The notes under the pieces: model-generated
Seen by the model: the letters and a program-made list of their open reading frames with translations, nothing else
What the model was told of the DNA's origin: nothing
Database searches by the model: none
Translations under genes and position numbers: made by a program
Shown here: in pieces, positions 45,001 to 54,921 of the stretch
Layout: every line of letters begins with the position of its first letter
Position numbering within the stretch: the stretch's first letter is position 1
DNA from: a virus
Reading direction: 5' to 3' (one strand)
Length of the DNA: 64,000 nucleotides
Virus record (IMG/VR): IMGVR_UViG_3300030104_005963

Positions 45001-45866
45001 TTGATTTAAAAAACGTAACCTTTATTATTCCTCTAAGGATTGATACTGATGATAGATTGAGGAATATTATCCTCTCCACATCATTTCTTCTGAATAACTT
45101 TGATTGTAAAGTTATTGTAAAAGAGTCAGATGAAATGAAGAAGTTTGAGATGTGGGCACTTCCCACTATCAAATCTATTGCTGATACATGTAATTTGACT
45201 TATCAGTATGAAGAGAATCATGATGATCACTTTCATAGGACAAGACTTCTGAATGAGATGGTTCTGGATTCGGAGACAGATATTGTTGTTAACTATGACA
45301 GTGATATCATTCTTCCTATCAAATCTTATGTCACGGCAAAGGAAATGCTTGACAATAAAGAGGCAGATGTAGTCTATCCATACAAGTTTGGAGAGAAAGG
45401 AGAAAGAAAAGTTGTCCTAAACACTTCTATTGAAGATGTGGATGATCTCAATTCTCTACTTAAACAACCGATAGTACAGGAGTTTACTACCACTTGGAAA
45501 CCAGAAGTACTAGACCAGTCATATGGATATGCACTTCATGGCAATGGTGAGGGATGGGCTGAGTATGGTATGGTTCAGTTCTTCAATAAACGAGTCTATA
45601 TGGATGGGTACTTGGAGAATGAGAATTTTATGGCATATGCACCAGAAGATGTTGAGAGACATCATAGATGGTTGACATTGGGTTACAAAATTGGTAGAGT
45701 TGAAAATTATGCTTATCATATGGAGCACAAAAGAACACCTAATTCATCATATAGTAATCCATTTATGATGAAAAACAATCAACTTTGGGATTATTTGAAA
45801 GGTTTATCTAAGGATGAATTGATTAAATACTACCAAAAACAAAATTATGTGAGACAAAAACTATGA
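44997..45866 (+). CDS. Glycosyltransferase, GT-A fold (GT2/GT7-like)
   Basis: FIIP.R.D, NYDSD (DxD), ENENF..YAPED.E. Confidence 0.75.
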   Translation: MIDLKNVTFIIPLRIDTDDRLRNIILSTSFLLNNFDCKVIVKESDEMKKFEMWALPTIKSIADTCNLTYQYEENHDDHFHRTRLLNEMVLDSETDIVVNYDSDIILPIKSYVTAKEMLDNKEADVVYPYKFGEKGERKVVLNTSIEDVDDLNSLLKQPIVQEFTTTWKPEVLDQSYGYALHGNGEGWAEYGMVQFFNKRVYMDGYLENENFMAYAPEDVERHHRWLTLGYKIGRVENYAYHMEHKRTPNSSYSNPFMMKNNQLWDYLKGLSKDELIKYYQKQNYVRQKL

Positions 45867-46201
45867 ATAGATATTGTTTTGACCTAGATCATACACTTTG
45901 TGATCCACCATATCTTGAAGAAGAGAAGAGGTGGGATTACTTTGCATCTATTCCATATCGTGATAGAATTGAGGTAGTCAATAAGTTGTGGGAAGAAGGT
46001 CACTATATCATTATTGAAACTGGTAGAGGATGTGACTCTAAGATTAATCACTATGAAAAAACTTATGATCAACTGCGTTCATGGGGTTTGAAATTTCATA
46101 TTCTCAGGACAGGTGTCAAGTTTTCCGCAACTTATTATATTGATGACAAAGCAGTAAATAGTGAGGATTTTTTCAATGGGAACCATCAAAAGTATTGTTA
46201 A
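45863..46201 (+). CDS. Small HAD-superfamily phosphatase (capsule-biosynthesis type)
   Basis: FDLDHTL (motif I), ETGRG, YIDDKA. Confidence 0.8.
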   Translation: MNRYCFDLDHTLCDPPYLEEEKRWDYFASIPYRDRIEVVNKLWEEGHYIIIETGRGCDSKINHYEKTYDQLRSWGLKFHILRTGVKFSATYYIDDKAVNSEDFFNGNHQKYC

Positions 46202-47507
46202 GAAGTCTCCCAATATAATTAAAAGACTTTACTATAGTATAGTTCCTTTTAGTAAAAGATATGGTAAAGTGTATGAAGATACACTTTCTTTTTTAACACA
46301 ATCTGTTGATTGGTCAGAGTGGAGATTAAAAGAATATCAATTATTAGAGATGAAGGTGTTACTTCATCATTGTTATAACAATGTACCCTATTATAGGCAG
46401 ATATTCGTTGACAATAATTGGACTCCTGATGATTTTCAAAATGTTGATGACTTAAAAAAGTTTCCAGTTCTCACTAAGAAGATTATCATGGAGAATAGGA
46501 ATGATCTTATTGCCTCAAACTTATCACATCAAAAGGCATATCCTATTACAACTAGTGGTTCTAGTGGTGACAAGTTGAAGTTTTTTGTTACTGATGATGT
46601 CTTCAAGAAAGAGGCAGCGTTTAATATGCGTGCCTATCAACAACAGGGAGCACAGATGTATGATACTCCCAGTGTGTGGTTGAGGAGGTATGTACCTAAG
46701 AATAGTGATTCACCACTGTGGTATTATGACCACGAACTGAAACGTCTTTATATGTCAGCTTATCATCTAAATGATGATACTATCGATGAGTATATTAATA
46801 AGATTAATTCTGGTAACTATCAGACTATTTGTACTTATCCATCCTCAGCATACATCCTGGCTTGTCTGTGTGAGGAGAACAATCTAAATCTAACTCAGAT
46901 TGAGAAAATTCATGTTACATCAGAAAAAATGTTGAATCAGTGGTATGATAAAGTTGTAGATATATTTGGTATCAGACCTTGTGGTCATTATGGTCAAATG
47001 GAAAAGGTATCATTCATGCATCAGACTGAAGAGTCAAGAGACTACCATCAAAACTATGAGTATGGTATTGATGAATTTTATGATAATGGTGATGGTACAC
47101 ATGGATTAATTGCCACTGGATTTATTAACTACTATATGCCACTTATTAGGTATAGGACAGAGGATACTTTTGTCTTGAAGAATGGTAAGGTGAAAGAAAT
47201 CAACGGACGTAGTAGTGATATTCTAGTATCAGATACTGGTGCTAGACTACCAGGTGTAAATTTCTATAGTTGGATTGATAAGAAAATGCCAGCTGTTAAG
47301 ATGTTCCAGATTATTCAAAAGTCTAAGAAAGATATCACCTTCAAGTATGTTCAAAATGAGTCTTATGAAGGAGATATACATAGTGAAATTGTAAATGGTC
47401 TAAAGTCAAGACTTGGTGATATGAATTACGATATATTGAAGGTATCTGAAATACCTAGAGATAAGAACACACAAAAAATTAGAAGCATTATTAATGAGGT
47501 TAAGTGA
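46176..47507 (+). CDS. Phenylacetate-CoA ligase/CapK-like adenylate-forming enzyme
   Basis: YNNVPYY, KFPVLTK, TTSGSSG (A3 loop), HYGQME, PLIRYRTED, GRSSD. Confidence 0.8.
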   Translation: MGTIKSIVKKSPNIIKRLYYSIVPFSKRYGKVYEDTLSFLTQSVDWSEWRLKEYQLLEMKVLLHHCYNNVPYYRQIFVDNNWTPDDFQNVDDLKKFPVLTKKIIMENRNDLIASNLSHQKAYPITTSGSSGDKLKFFVTDDVFKKEAAFNMRAYQQQGAQMYDTPSVWLRRYVPKNSDSPLWYYDHELKRLYMSAYHLNDDTIDEYINKINSGNYQTICTYPSSAYILACLCEENNLNLTQIEKIHVTSEKMLNQWYDKVVDIFGIRPCGHYGQMEKVSFMHQTEESRDYHQNYEYGIDEFYDNGDGTHGLIATGFINYYMPLIRYRTEDTFVLKNGKVKEINGRSSDILVSDTGARLPGVNFYSWIDKKMPAVKMFQIIQKSKKDITFKYVQNESYEGDIHSEIVNGLKSRLGDMNYDILKVSEIPRDKNTQKIRSIINEVK

Positions 47508-48772
47508 TGAATGTAAGTTTTGTTGGTCTTGGCAAACTGGGTTTGCCTCTTGCTTGTTGTCTTGCAAAAGCAGGTAATAGAGTCCTGGGTGTAGATAAGA
47601 ATGAATATGTTCTGGACAAACTAAACAATCAAGAACTACCGTTCTACGAACCAGGTTTGTCAGATATTTTTCCACATACAAACTTTATAGGATTTACTGA
47701 CTCTTATAAAAGGGCTGTGGATGAGACCGACGCTACAATCATCCTGGTCAATACTCAATTGGGTGATACTGGATACTCGGCAGAGTTTGTAGAGTCTGCT
47801 CTTATCGATCTTGCAGTCAATTTGAAAAAAAGTGATAAGGATTATCATTGTATTATTCTGTCATCTACTGTTCTTCCAGGAACTATTGCCAAACTTATTA
47901 GTCTTTTTGAAAAAATTTCGGGAAGAAAGTTTGAGGAAGGATTTGGTTTTGCATATGTTCCGGACTTTGTGAGACTGGGTAATGTAATCAAAGACTTTAT
48001 GAACCCAGAATTTTTTCTTGTAGGTGCTAATAATTGGAATGATGTAAGTATTGTTACAAGAATTTTTGGTCACTTTCATAAAAACAATCCACCTAAAAAG
48101 TATCTGACATTAGAAGAGACTGAGGTAGCAAAAGTTGCTCTTAATGCTTTTATTGTCAATAAAATTACTTTTGCAAACTTCCTTGGCGAGTGCTGTGAGG
48201 GTATGTATAATGTTGATGTTCATAAAATTACTGATACTATTGGTATTGATAAAAGAATCTCTCCATATTTCTTTGGGTATGGAACTCCATTTGGTGGTAC
48301 TTGTTTTCCTAGAGACACATCTGCTTTCATTAAGTTTGCCTCTGATAGAGGTAAAGAAGCAAAGCACCTTGAATTTGCTAATGAGGTTAATAAAAATGTA
48401 TATAAAACTATTTTAAATAAATGTCGTGAACATCAAACGATTGGCATTGTCGGTGTATCATTTAAACCAAACTCTCCCGTCACAATTGGATCTCCATCAG
48501 TAAAATTAATTGCAGATCTAGCAAAAATTAGTAAAACAATATATACTTTTGATGAATTGGATGAGACATTCAACAATCTTAATGGATTAAATGAATTTAT
48601 TCATAAATGTGTATCACCACAAGAGGTAATTGATATGTCTTCTGTGTGTGTTTTCATGCATCCTACAAAAAAATATGCTACACTTAAAGTTGATGGAAAA
48701 GAATTAGTTGATAACTGGGGCATTTTTTCATCTGAAAAACTTTTTACAGTGGATACTTCGTTACCTGACTAA
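47504..48772 (+). CDS. UDP-glucose/GDP-mannose dehydrogenase family protein
   Basis: GLGKLG, VNT, SSTVLPG, GFGFAYVPDF, GTPFGGTCFPRD (catalytic Cys), FKPN. Confidence 0.9.
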   Translation: MMNVSFVGLGKLGLPLACCLAKAGNRVLGVDKNEYVLDKLNNQELPFYEPGLSDIFPHTNFIGFTDSYKRAVDETDATIILVNTQLGDTGYSAEFVESALIDLAVNLKKSDKDYHCIILSSTVLPGTIAKLISLFEKISGRKFEEGFGFAYVPDFVRLGNVIKDFMNPEFFLVGANNWNDVSIVTRIFGHFHKNNPPKKYLTLEETEVAKVALNAFIVNKITFANFLGECCEGMYNVDVHKITDTIGIDKRISPYFFGYGTPFGGTCFPRDTSAFIKFASDRGKEAKHLEFANEVNKNVYKTILNKCREHQTIGIVGVSFKPNSPVTIGSPSVKLIADLAKISKTIYTFDELDETFNNLNGLNEFIHKCVSPQEVIDMSSVCVFMHPTKKYATLKVDGKELVDNWGIFSSEKLFTVDTSLPD

Positions 48773-49803
48773 TGATTAAAAATAGAGAGAGTGTTGATTC
48801 TTTGAAACCTTACAATGTGGGAGGTAGGTCTAACCTATCTTATGATTGGGAGTGCTTTGATTGGAATGAGTCAGAGTTTCCACCATCAAATGGAGTGTTT
48901 GAGGTGATGAAGAATTTTTATCGATATGAAAGATACCCTGATATCTGTGCTTCCAATTTGAAGCAGAAACTATCAGAGTATGTTTCTCTCCCATCAGACT
49001 TTATTGAGGTGTATAATGGATCTGATGATGGTTTAAGAGATATCTTTACTGTGTTTGTGGATAAGAATACAAAAGTATTAACCTATGCTCCCTCATACAC
49101 ACAGGTAGATACATTTATTTCTATTAATACAGACCACTATGTAAAGGAACAAATTGTAGATCCTCTTGGTAGACATGAATATGAATGGGACAAATGTATT
49201 GATAAAGATGTAGTTTATATTGTCAATCCCAATAATCCGACAGGTAAATTGATTGATGTATCTACTATTCAGGGATTGCTTCAAGAAAATCCAGATACAT
49301 TATTTGTGGTAGATGAAGCGTATTATGAGTTTGCAAAACAATCTTGTGCTCACCTAGTAATAGGTTATAAGAATTTGATTGTTACCAGAACATTCTCTAA
49401 GGCATTTGGACTGGCAGCAGTCAGACTTGGGTATGTATTGGCACATCCTGACCTTCTTTTTAATCTTAGAAAGATTAAAAATGGTAAGACAGTCAATGCC
49501 ATGGCACAAATGTGTGGTGTAGCAGCACTCAATGATCTTCATTATCTGAATGCTAGAATTGATGAGATGAATGATGCTAAGAAGTTTTTTATCGACAATC
49601 TAGCAAACAAATATACTGCTATCAATAGCAATGCTAATTTTGTACTGGTAAAAACACCTGATGCAAAAAGTCTTCTAGATAAAATGAAAAAAAACAAGAT
49701 TCTTATCAGAGATAGAAGTTCCTTTATTAATCTTGAAAATTGTGTTAGAATTACAATAGGTTCTAAGAAGCAAATTATTAAAGTACTTGGAGTAATGAAT
49801 TAA
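48772..49803 (+). CDS. PLP-dependent class I/II aminotransferase (HisC/CobD-like)
   Basis: NPNNPTG, DEAYYEF, RTFSKAFGLA..RLGY (PLP Lys). Confidence 0.9.
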   Translation: MIKNRESVDSLKPYNVGGRSNLSYDWECFDWNESEFPPSNGVFEVMKNFYRYERYPDICASNLKQKLSEYVSLPSDFIEVYNGSDDGLRDIFTVFVDKNTKVLTYAPSYTQVDTFISINTDHYVKEQIVDPLGRHEYEWDKCIDKDVVYIVNPNNPTGKLIDVSTIQGLLQENPDTLFVVDEAYYEFAKQSCAHLVIGYKNLIVTRTFSKAFGLAAVRLGYVLAHPDLLFNLRKIKNGKTVNAMAQMCGVAALNDLHYLNARIDEMNDAKKFFIDNLANKYTAINSNANFVLVKTPDAKSLLDKMKKNKILIRDRSSFINLENCVRITIGSKKQIIKVLGVMN

Positions 49804-50741
49804 TGATTGGATATGATCGTTTAGGTAGCAATGGACGAATGGGTAACCAACTCTTTCAGTATGCTGCTCTTAGAGGTATTGCAGAACATCATGGATATGA
49901 TTGGTGTATTCCTCCCGAAAATACACCCAATCAATCCAACTATGGTATACACGAGGCATTTAATATTCCTCAAGAGCATATAGGATACATTAATCCTAAC
50001 ATTTCAATGCAGACAATTTATAGTGATCAGACAATTCAGATGATGAATCCTGATGTAAAAACTGTGCAAGAGAAGTCATATGGATTTGATAAGGAGTTAT
50101 TTGATAATTTCCAAGATAATACAAATCTTGATGGATATTTGCAATCATACAAATATTTTGAAAATATTAGAGAGCAACTTCTGGGAGAACTTACATTTAA
50201 AGATGATATTCTAGAACCCTGTAAAGAGTTTTTATCTGGATTTGATAAGATTATCTTTCTACATGTTAGGAGAGGTGATGCCACTAGAACTAAAAAACAT
50301 AGAGAAATTTTTCCTATGCCCACCTGGGAATATTATAAAGAAGCACTATCACATTTTGATGATGATATACCTGTTTTTGTATCTAGTGATGATGCTGAAT
50401 GGTGTCAAAAACAAGATTTCTTTTCCGATGATAAATTTTTAATTAGAGAATCAGTTGATTTATATGACCATGTTCATAGAGACGGTGATGGTGAACATCA
50501 TCAATCCTGTGTTCCACATACTGATATGTGTCTGATGTCCCTATGTAATGGTGGTATTCTATCCAGAAGCACATTCTCCTGGTGGGGTGCTTATCTGATT
50601 AAGAATCCTACACAACCTATTGTGGCTCCCAAACCATTTCAATATTATAAACCTGCTTATGATATTGAGTCACATACTGTTGATGAGTCTTTCCTCATCC
50701 CTGACAATTGGATCACTGTAAGTAAAGGTATTAGAGGTTAA
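49803..50741 (+). CDS. Second GT11-like glycosyltransferase
   Basis: GRMGNQLFQY, GYLQS, HVRRGD, STFSWWGA. Confidence 0.85.
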   Translation: MIGYDRLGSNGRMGNQLFQYAALRGIAEHHGYDWCIPPENTPNQSNYGIHEAFNIPQEHIGYINPNISMQTIYSDQTIQMMNPDVKTVQEKSYGFDKELFDNFQDNTNLDGYLQSYKYFENIREQLLGELTFKDDILEPCKEFLSGFDKIIFLHVRRGDATRTKKHREIFPMPTWEYYKEALSHFDDDIPVFVSSDDAEWCQKQDFFSDDKFLIRESVDLYDHVHRDGDGEHHQSCVPHTDMCLMSLCNGGILSRSTFSWWGAYLIKNPTQPIVAPKPFQYYKPAYDIESHTVDESFLIPDNWITVSKGIRG

Positions 50742-50743
50742 TC

Positions 50744-51364
50744 ATGACTTATTCTAAGAGATTTAGTAGTAAATTCTATGCAAGATTACTGAAACCTGCT
50801 GGTAGTAATCCAGTAAGAGATAGAGCATCCTCCTTTGAGATTATCTTTGAACTGCTGGACCAGAAAGAAGATAAGAATTTTTTGATTGTAGAGACTGGTT
50901 GCATGAGAAGAGACCATGGCAATCTTGCTTTTGGTGATGATGGTGCTAGTACGTATATTTTTGATGACTTCATTAACTTCTATGATGGAGAAGTTCATTC
51001 AGTAGATATTTGTGAGGATAATGTAAACTATGCAAATGAATTAACCTCTGATAAGACGACAGTGCATTGTCAAGACTCTGTTGATTTTCTATGGAACTTG
51101 CCAAAGAAACAGATTGATTTCTTGTATCTTGATTCCTTTGATATTATTAAGGAGGACCCTCATCCATCTCAACTACATCATGTGAAAGAGATGTGCGCTG
51201 CTATTGATAAGTTAGGTAAGGGTTCTATTGTCTGTATTGATGACCATAATGCATTTTTTACCAATGATGGGAAGATTGCTAAGGGAACATATGTAAAAGA
51301 TTTTATGGATGATATAGGAATGAAACCTATACATGAAGGATATCAAATTGTTTGGGTAATATAA
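50744..51364 (+). CDS. Class I SAM-dependent methyltransferase-like
   Basis: IVETGC, HSVDI, QDSV, LYLDS, CIDD. Confidence 0.7.
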   Translation: MTYSKRFSSKFYARLLKPAGSNPVRDRASSFEIIFELLDQKEDKNFLIVETGCMRRDHGNLAFGDDGASTYIFDDFINFYDGEVHSVDICEDNVNYANELTSDKTTVHCQDSVDFLWNLPKKQIDFLYLDSFDIIKEDPHPSQLHHVKEMCAAIDKLGKGSIVCIDDHNAFFTNDGKIAKGTYVKDFMDDIGMKPIHEGYQIVWVI

Positions 51365-52102
51365 ATGAGTGATGTATTTCTAAAAGCATGGCACGGTGGA
51401 CTTGGTGATTCATTACAGTTCTCTACTCTCCCAGAGGAGTTTCATAAACAGCAGAACAGAAAGACATATATCTTAGAGGATGCACTTTTTAGAAATTCAG
51501 AAATATATGATCTGGTGTGGAATAAGAATCCATATGTAGAAGGAAAGAAAACAGGAACTTGGAATGCAGGTGACCTACCAGACATCCCATATCAAGAACT
51601 GTGTATGGATGGTAAGGGCACTGGTAATATGATTTCCAATTGGGAATTGTTTCATGGATTGGAACCAGTGAATAGTCATCCTAAAATTTATTATGAACCA
51701 GAAATTCATGATGGATATAAGGATGTCTTTATTGTTGATTTCACTTCTACAACCATAAGTTATAATGAAAACAAGTTAAAAAATATTCTTGAGGATATGA
51801 AAAAAGAATATTCAGACAAGAGGTTTCTTTCTATTGATTTTGTAAAGTCAGTATCTAGTAATTCATATGATATTGAGTATGATGGATGTATTGAAGTGGA
51901 AAGTATTTTTAGGTACTGTGATCTTATGGCATCATCATATGGATTACTTACAGTAAGCAGTGGTGCTAGTCATATGAGTTCTGCTGTAAAAGATTATGCT
52001 CCAGATCTTGACAGTATTTGTGTTATGCCAGAAAAGTGGTATAATTATCATAAGGAAAGGGGACTGTTCTTCTTTGACAATGTTAACTATGTAATTTATT
52101 AG
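51365..52102 (+). CDS. GT9 (heptosyltransferase)-like glycosyltransferase
   Basis: GGLGD near the N-terminus, and SSGASH.S.A (cf. DSGPMH). Confidence 0.55.
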   Translation: MSDVFLKAWHGGLGDSLQFSTLPEEFHKQQNRKTYILEDALFRNSEIYDLVWNKNPYVEGKKTGTWNAGDLPDIPYQELCMDGKGTGNMISNWELFHGLEPVNSHPKIYYEPEIHDGYKDVFIVDFTSTTISYNENKLKNILEDMKKEYSDKRFLSIDFVKSVSSNSYDIEYDGCIEVESIFRYCDLMASSYGLLTVSSGASHMSSAVKDYAPDLDSICVMPEKWYNYHKERGLFFFDNVNYVIY

Positions 52103-52103
52103 T

Positions 52104-53084
52104 ATGGCAAAATTTTTAATTACTGGTATTTCGGGATTTGCTGGTGCTCACCTAGCAAATCTTCTTCATCGTGAGGGACATAAAGTATTTGGTCTCATTC
52201 GTCGTACCAATGGTATGGAAAGTGACATTCGTGATGTTGTTCCTGATGATGCTTATAACTCTATCACTTTCCTGTACGGAGATCTGACCAACTATCGCTC
52301 CATGCGTAAGGTCTTTGAGGAGAATGAGTTTGATGGTGTATTTCACCTAGCAGCACAGTCTCATCCACCCACTAGTTTTCGTGATCCTATTGGCACAATG
52401 GAAACTAATGTTATGGGTAGTGCCAATCTTATCCAGGTCCTTCAAGATCATCAACCCGATTGTAAGGTGATGTTCTGCTCTACATCAGAGGTGTATGGCA
52501 ATGTGGGGCAGGATGGACGTAAGATTCACTGGACTGATGCCATTGTTCCTTCCAACCCTTATGGTGCCTCTAAGGCAGCAACTGATGTATATCTTCAAGA
52601 GAGATTCAACAATGGATTTCTGAAAGGATTCATTACTAGGGCATTCTCTCACACTGGACCACGCAGAGGACGTATCTTCTCCATCTCATCTGATGCATAT
52701 CAGATTGCTAGGATGATGAAGGGTTATCAAACCAAAGAACTTTTGATTGGTAACCTTAGCACAACAAGAGTTGTGATGGATGTACGTGATACTGTCCGAG
52801 CGTACTATCTTGCCATGATGAATGAAGATGTGACTAACCATGTGTTCAATATCTGTGGTGATACACCCAGACAGATGCAGTATTTTACTGACAAATTGAT
52901 TGAAATTTCAGGTTTGAATGATGTAGTACAGAGGATCCATGAACCCTTCTGGCGTCCACATGAGATTCACTATCAACATGGTGACTCTTCTAATCTGGTT
53001 GAAATGACTGGATTCAAGGAAGAGTATGATATTGACACTACACTTGGTGATTTGTTGAAGTATTGGTATGACAAAATCTCATGA
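52104..53084 (+). CDS. GDP-mannose 4,6-dehydratase-like SDR
   Basis: ITGISGFAG, HLAAQSH..SF, STSEVYG, PYGASK. Confidence 0.8.
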   Translation: MAKFLITGISGFAGAHLANLLHREGHKVFGLIRRTNGMESDIRDVVPDDAYNSITFLYGDLTNYRSMRKVFEENEFDGVFHLAAQSHPPTSFRDPIGTMETNVMGSANLIQVLQDHQPDCKVMFCSTSEVYGNVGQDGRKIHWTDAIVPSNPYGASKAATDVYLQERFNNGFLKGFITRAFSHTGPRRGRIFSISSDAYQIARMMKGYQTKELLIGNLSTTRVVMDVRDTVRAYYLAMMNEDVTNHVFNICGDTPRQMQYFTDKLIEISGLNDVVQRIHEPFWRPHEIHYQHGDSSNLVEMTGFKEEYDIDTTLGDLLKYWYDKIS

Positions 53085-53476
53085 TTGTTTTTGTCAATGG
53101 TTGCTTTGATGTGCTTCATAGAGGGCACTTTGAGTTAATCAAGTATGCTGCTTCTCTTGGTGATACACTAATTGTGGCACTTGACTCAGACAATAAGGTA
53201 TCTCAAGATAAGGGATACCTTAGACCAATATACCCCCTTGAGGATAGAGTTTTTCAGATGATGTCTATCAAGGGTGTAAACGTGGTGCATACATTTGATA
53301 GTAGATATGAGTTGGAATCATTGATAGATTCCATACGACCTGATATACTGATAGTGGGTTCTGATTGGAAAGGAAAAGATGTTGTAGGTGCAGAGTATGC
53401 AAAAGAAGTTAGGTACTTTAAAAGGATTGGAAGTTACTCAACAACAAAAACAATTCAAGGTTCTACTTATAGGTGA
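53081..53476 (+). CDS. RfaE/HldE domain II-like (heptose-1-P adenylyltransferase)
   Basis: NGCFDVLHRGH, VGSDW, YSTT. Confidence 0.85.
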   Translation: MIVFVNGCFDVLHRGHFELIKYAASLGDTLIVALDSDNKVSQDKGYLRPIYPLEDRVFQMMSIKGVNVVHTFDSRYELESLIDSIRPDILIVGSDWKGKDVVGAEYAKEVRYFKRIGSYSTTKTIQGSTYR

Positions 53477-54197
53477 CTCTTGTATAGACAGATATGTGTA
53501 TGGTGTTGTTGATAGGATCAGTCCCGAAGCACCTGTACCTGTTCTGAAATGGGAGAGAGAGGAGACAACTGGTGGTATGGCATGGAATGTTTATTACAAT
53601 CTCCTCTCATTTGGTATAAATGTAAGTATCATTACCAATGAAGAAAAACCCATCAAGACTAGATATGTTGATCTTAAATCAAATCAACAGATTATGAGAC
53701 TTGATGAGAAAGATGAGGTGAGTGACTTTGGTTATGCCCTACCAGATAATGAGTATGATGCTCTTGTTATCTCTGACTATAACAAAGGATTCATCTCATC
53801 TGAGATGCTTAATCGACTTGTAAATTGGTTTGATGGTCCAGTGTTTGTGGACACAAAGAAACCAATGGTTCCTCCTGCCAAGGCATTCATCAAGATCAAT
53901 GAGTATGAACATGCCAAAGTGGGTGAGACTACAGACAAAATGATTATCACAAGAGGATCAAAAGGTGCTGAGTATCAGGGAAAACTATATCCTGGTGTTA
54001 AAGTAAATACATTTGATGTTTGTGGTGCTGGTGATACATTCTTGTCAGCCCTTGTGTATTATTACCTGATACATGATAAAATTGAAAAGGCAATACCTTT
54101 TGCTAATAGGGCAGCTGCCATTGCAGTGCAAAACCAAGGTACTTATATACTTTCACAAAGAGACATAAATGAATTGGCACCTGATATCATATGCTGA
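53388..54197 (+). CDS. RfaE/HldE domain I-like PfkB sugar kinase (true start probably ~53427)
   Basis: LIGDS.ID.Y..G..RISPEAPVP, SDYNKG, VDTK, DVCGAGDTF. Confidence 0.88.
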   Translation: MQSMQKKLGTLKGLEVTQQQKQFKVLLIGDSCIDRYVYGVVDRISPEAPVPVLKWEREETTGGMAWNVYYNLLSFGINVSIITNEEKPIKTRYVDLKSNQQIMRLDEKDEVSDFGYALPDNEYDALVISDYNKGFISSEMLNRLVNWFDGPVFVDTKKPMVPPAKAFIKINEYEHAKVGETTDKMIITRGSKGAEYQGKLYPGVKVNTFDVCGAGDTFLSALVYYYLIHDKIEKAIPFANRAAAIAVQNQGTYILSQRDINELAPDIIC

Positions 54198-54921
54198 TGA
54201 AACCTTTGCAAAGCAGCAAAGGTTCTTGCATCAAATACATAAGCAAAAATTTGTACATCATCCCTTTACAAGAAAGGATTTAGTACAAACAAAATTCTAT
54301 CAAGAAAATAAAAAAATACTAGACCAAGAAACTGGTGCTGGGTATTGGTTGTGGAAACCATATTATATTCTTGAGATTCTTAAATCTGCTGAGGAGAATG
54401 ACTTTGTAATCTATGCTGACTGTGGAGACATGTTCTCTAAAGGTTTAGTTGATTATGTAGAACAAATTCTAGAAGACGAGGACATTTCATTTTTACTATT
54501 GACTAGTACAAAAAACAGTAATTCCACAAAAAGAGATTGTTTTATTAAAATGAATTGTGATGAAATGATATATTATGAATCAAATCATTTAGAAGCAGGT
54601 TTCCAAATATGGAGAGTATGTGATAAGTCCATTAAAGCAATCGAAGAATACTTAGAGTATTGTAAAGATGAGGTCATCATTAACAATGATCCAAGTACAT
54701 TGGGTGAAGAATTGCCTGGATTTTTGGAACATCGTAATGATCAAAGTATCCTAACTAATCTTGCAATTAAAAATGGTTACACTGTAGGTGGAACAGAGTA
54801 TAGAAATTTTGTAGAATGCAATTATGAATATTGGTATGAAAGGGATAATGCAGGATATGGTCGTGAGATTGATTTATTTTTGAACGAAATCAAGGAGGAG
54901 TGGAAATGCACAGTATTATAG
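54169..54921 (+). CDS. Putative glycosyltransferase-like protein
   Basis: GYWLWKP, YADCG, HRNDQSIL. Confidence 0.55.
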   Translation: MNWHLISYADETFAKQQRFLHQIHKQKFVHHPFTRKDLVQTKFYQENKKILDQETGAGYWLWKPYYILEILKSAEENDFVIYADCGDMFSKGLVDYVEQILEDEDISFLLLTSTKNSNSTKRDCFIKMNCDEMIYYESNHLEAGFQIWRVCDKSIKAIEEYLEYCKDEVIINNDPSTLGEELPGFLEHRNDQSILTNLAIKNGYTVGGTEYRNFVECNYEYWYERDNAGYGREIDLFLNEIKEEWKCTVL

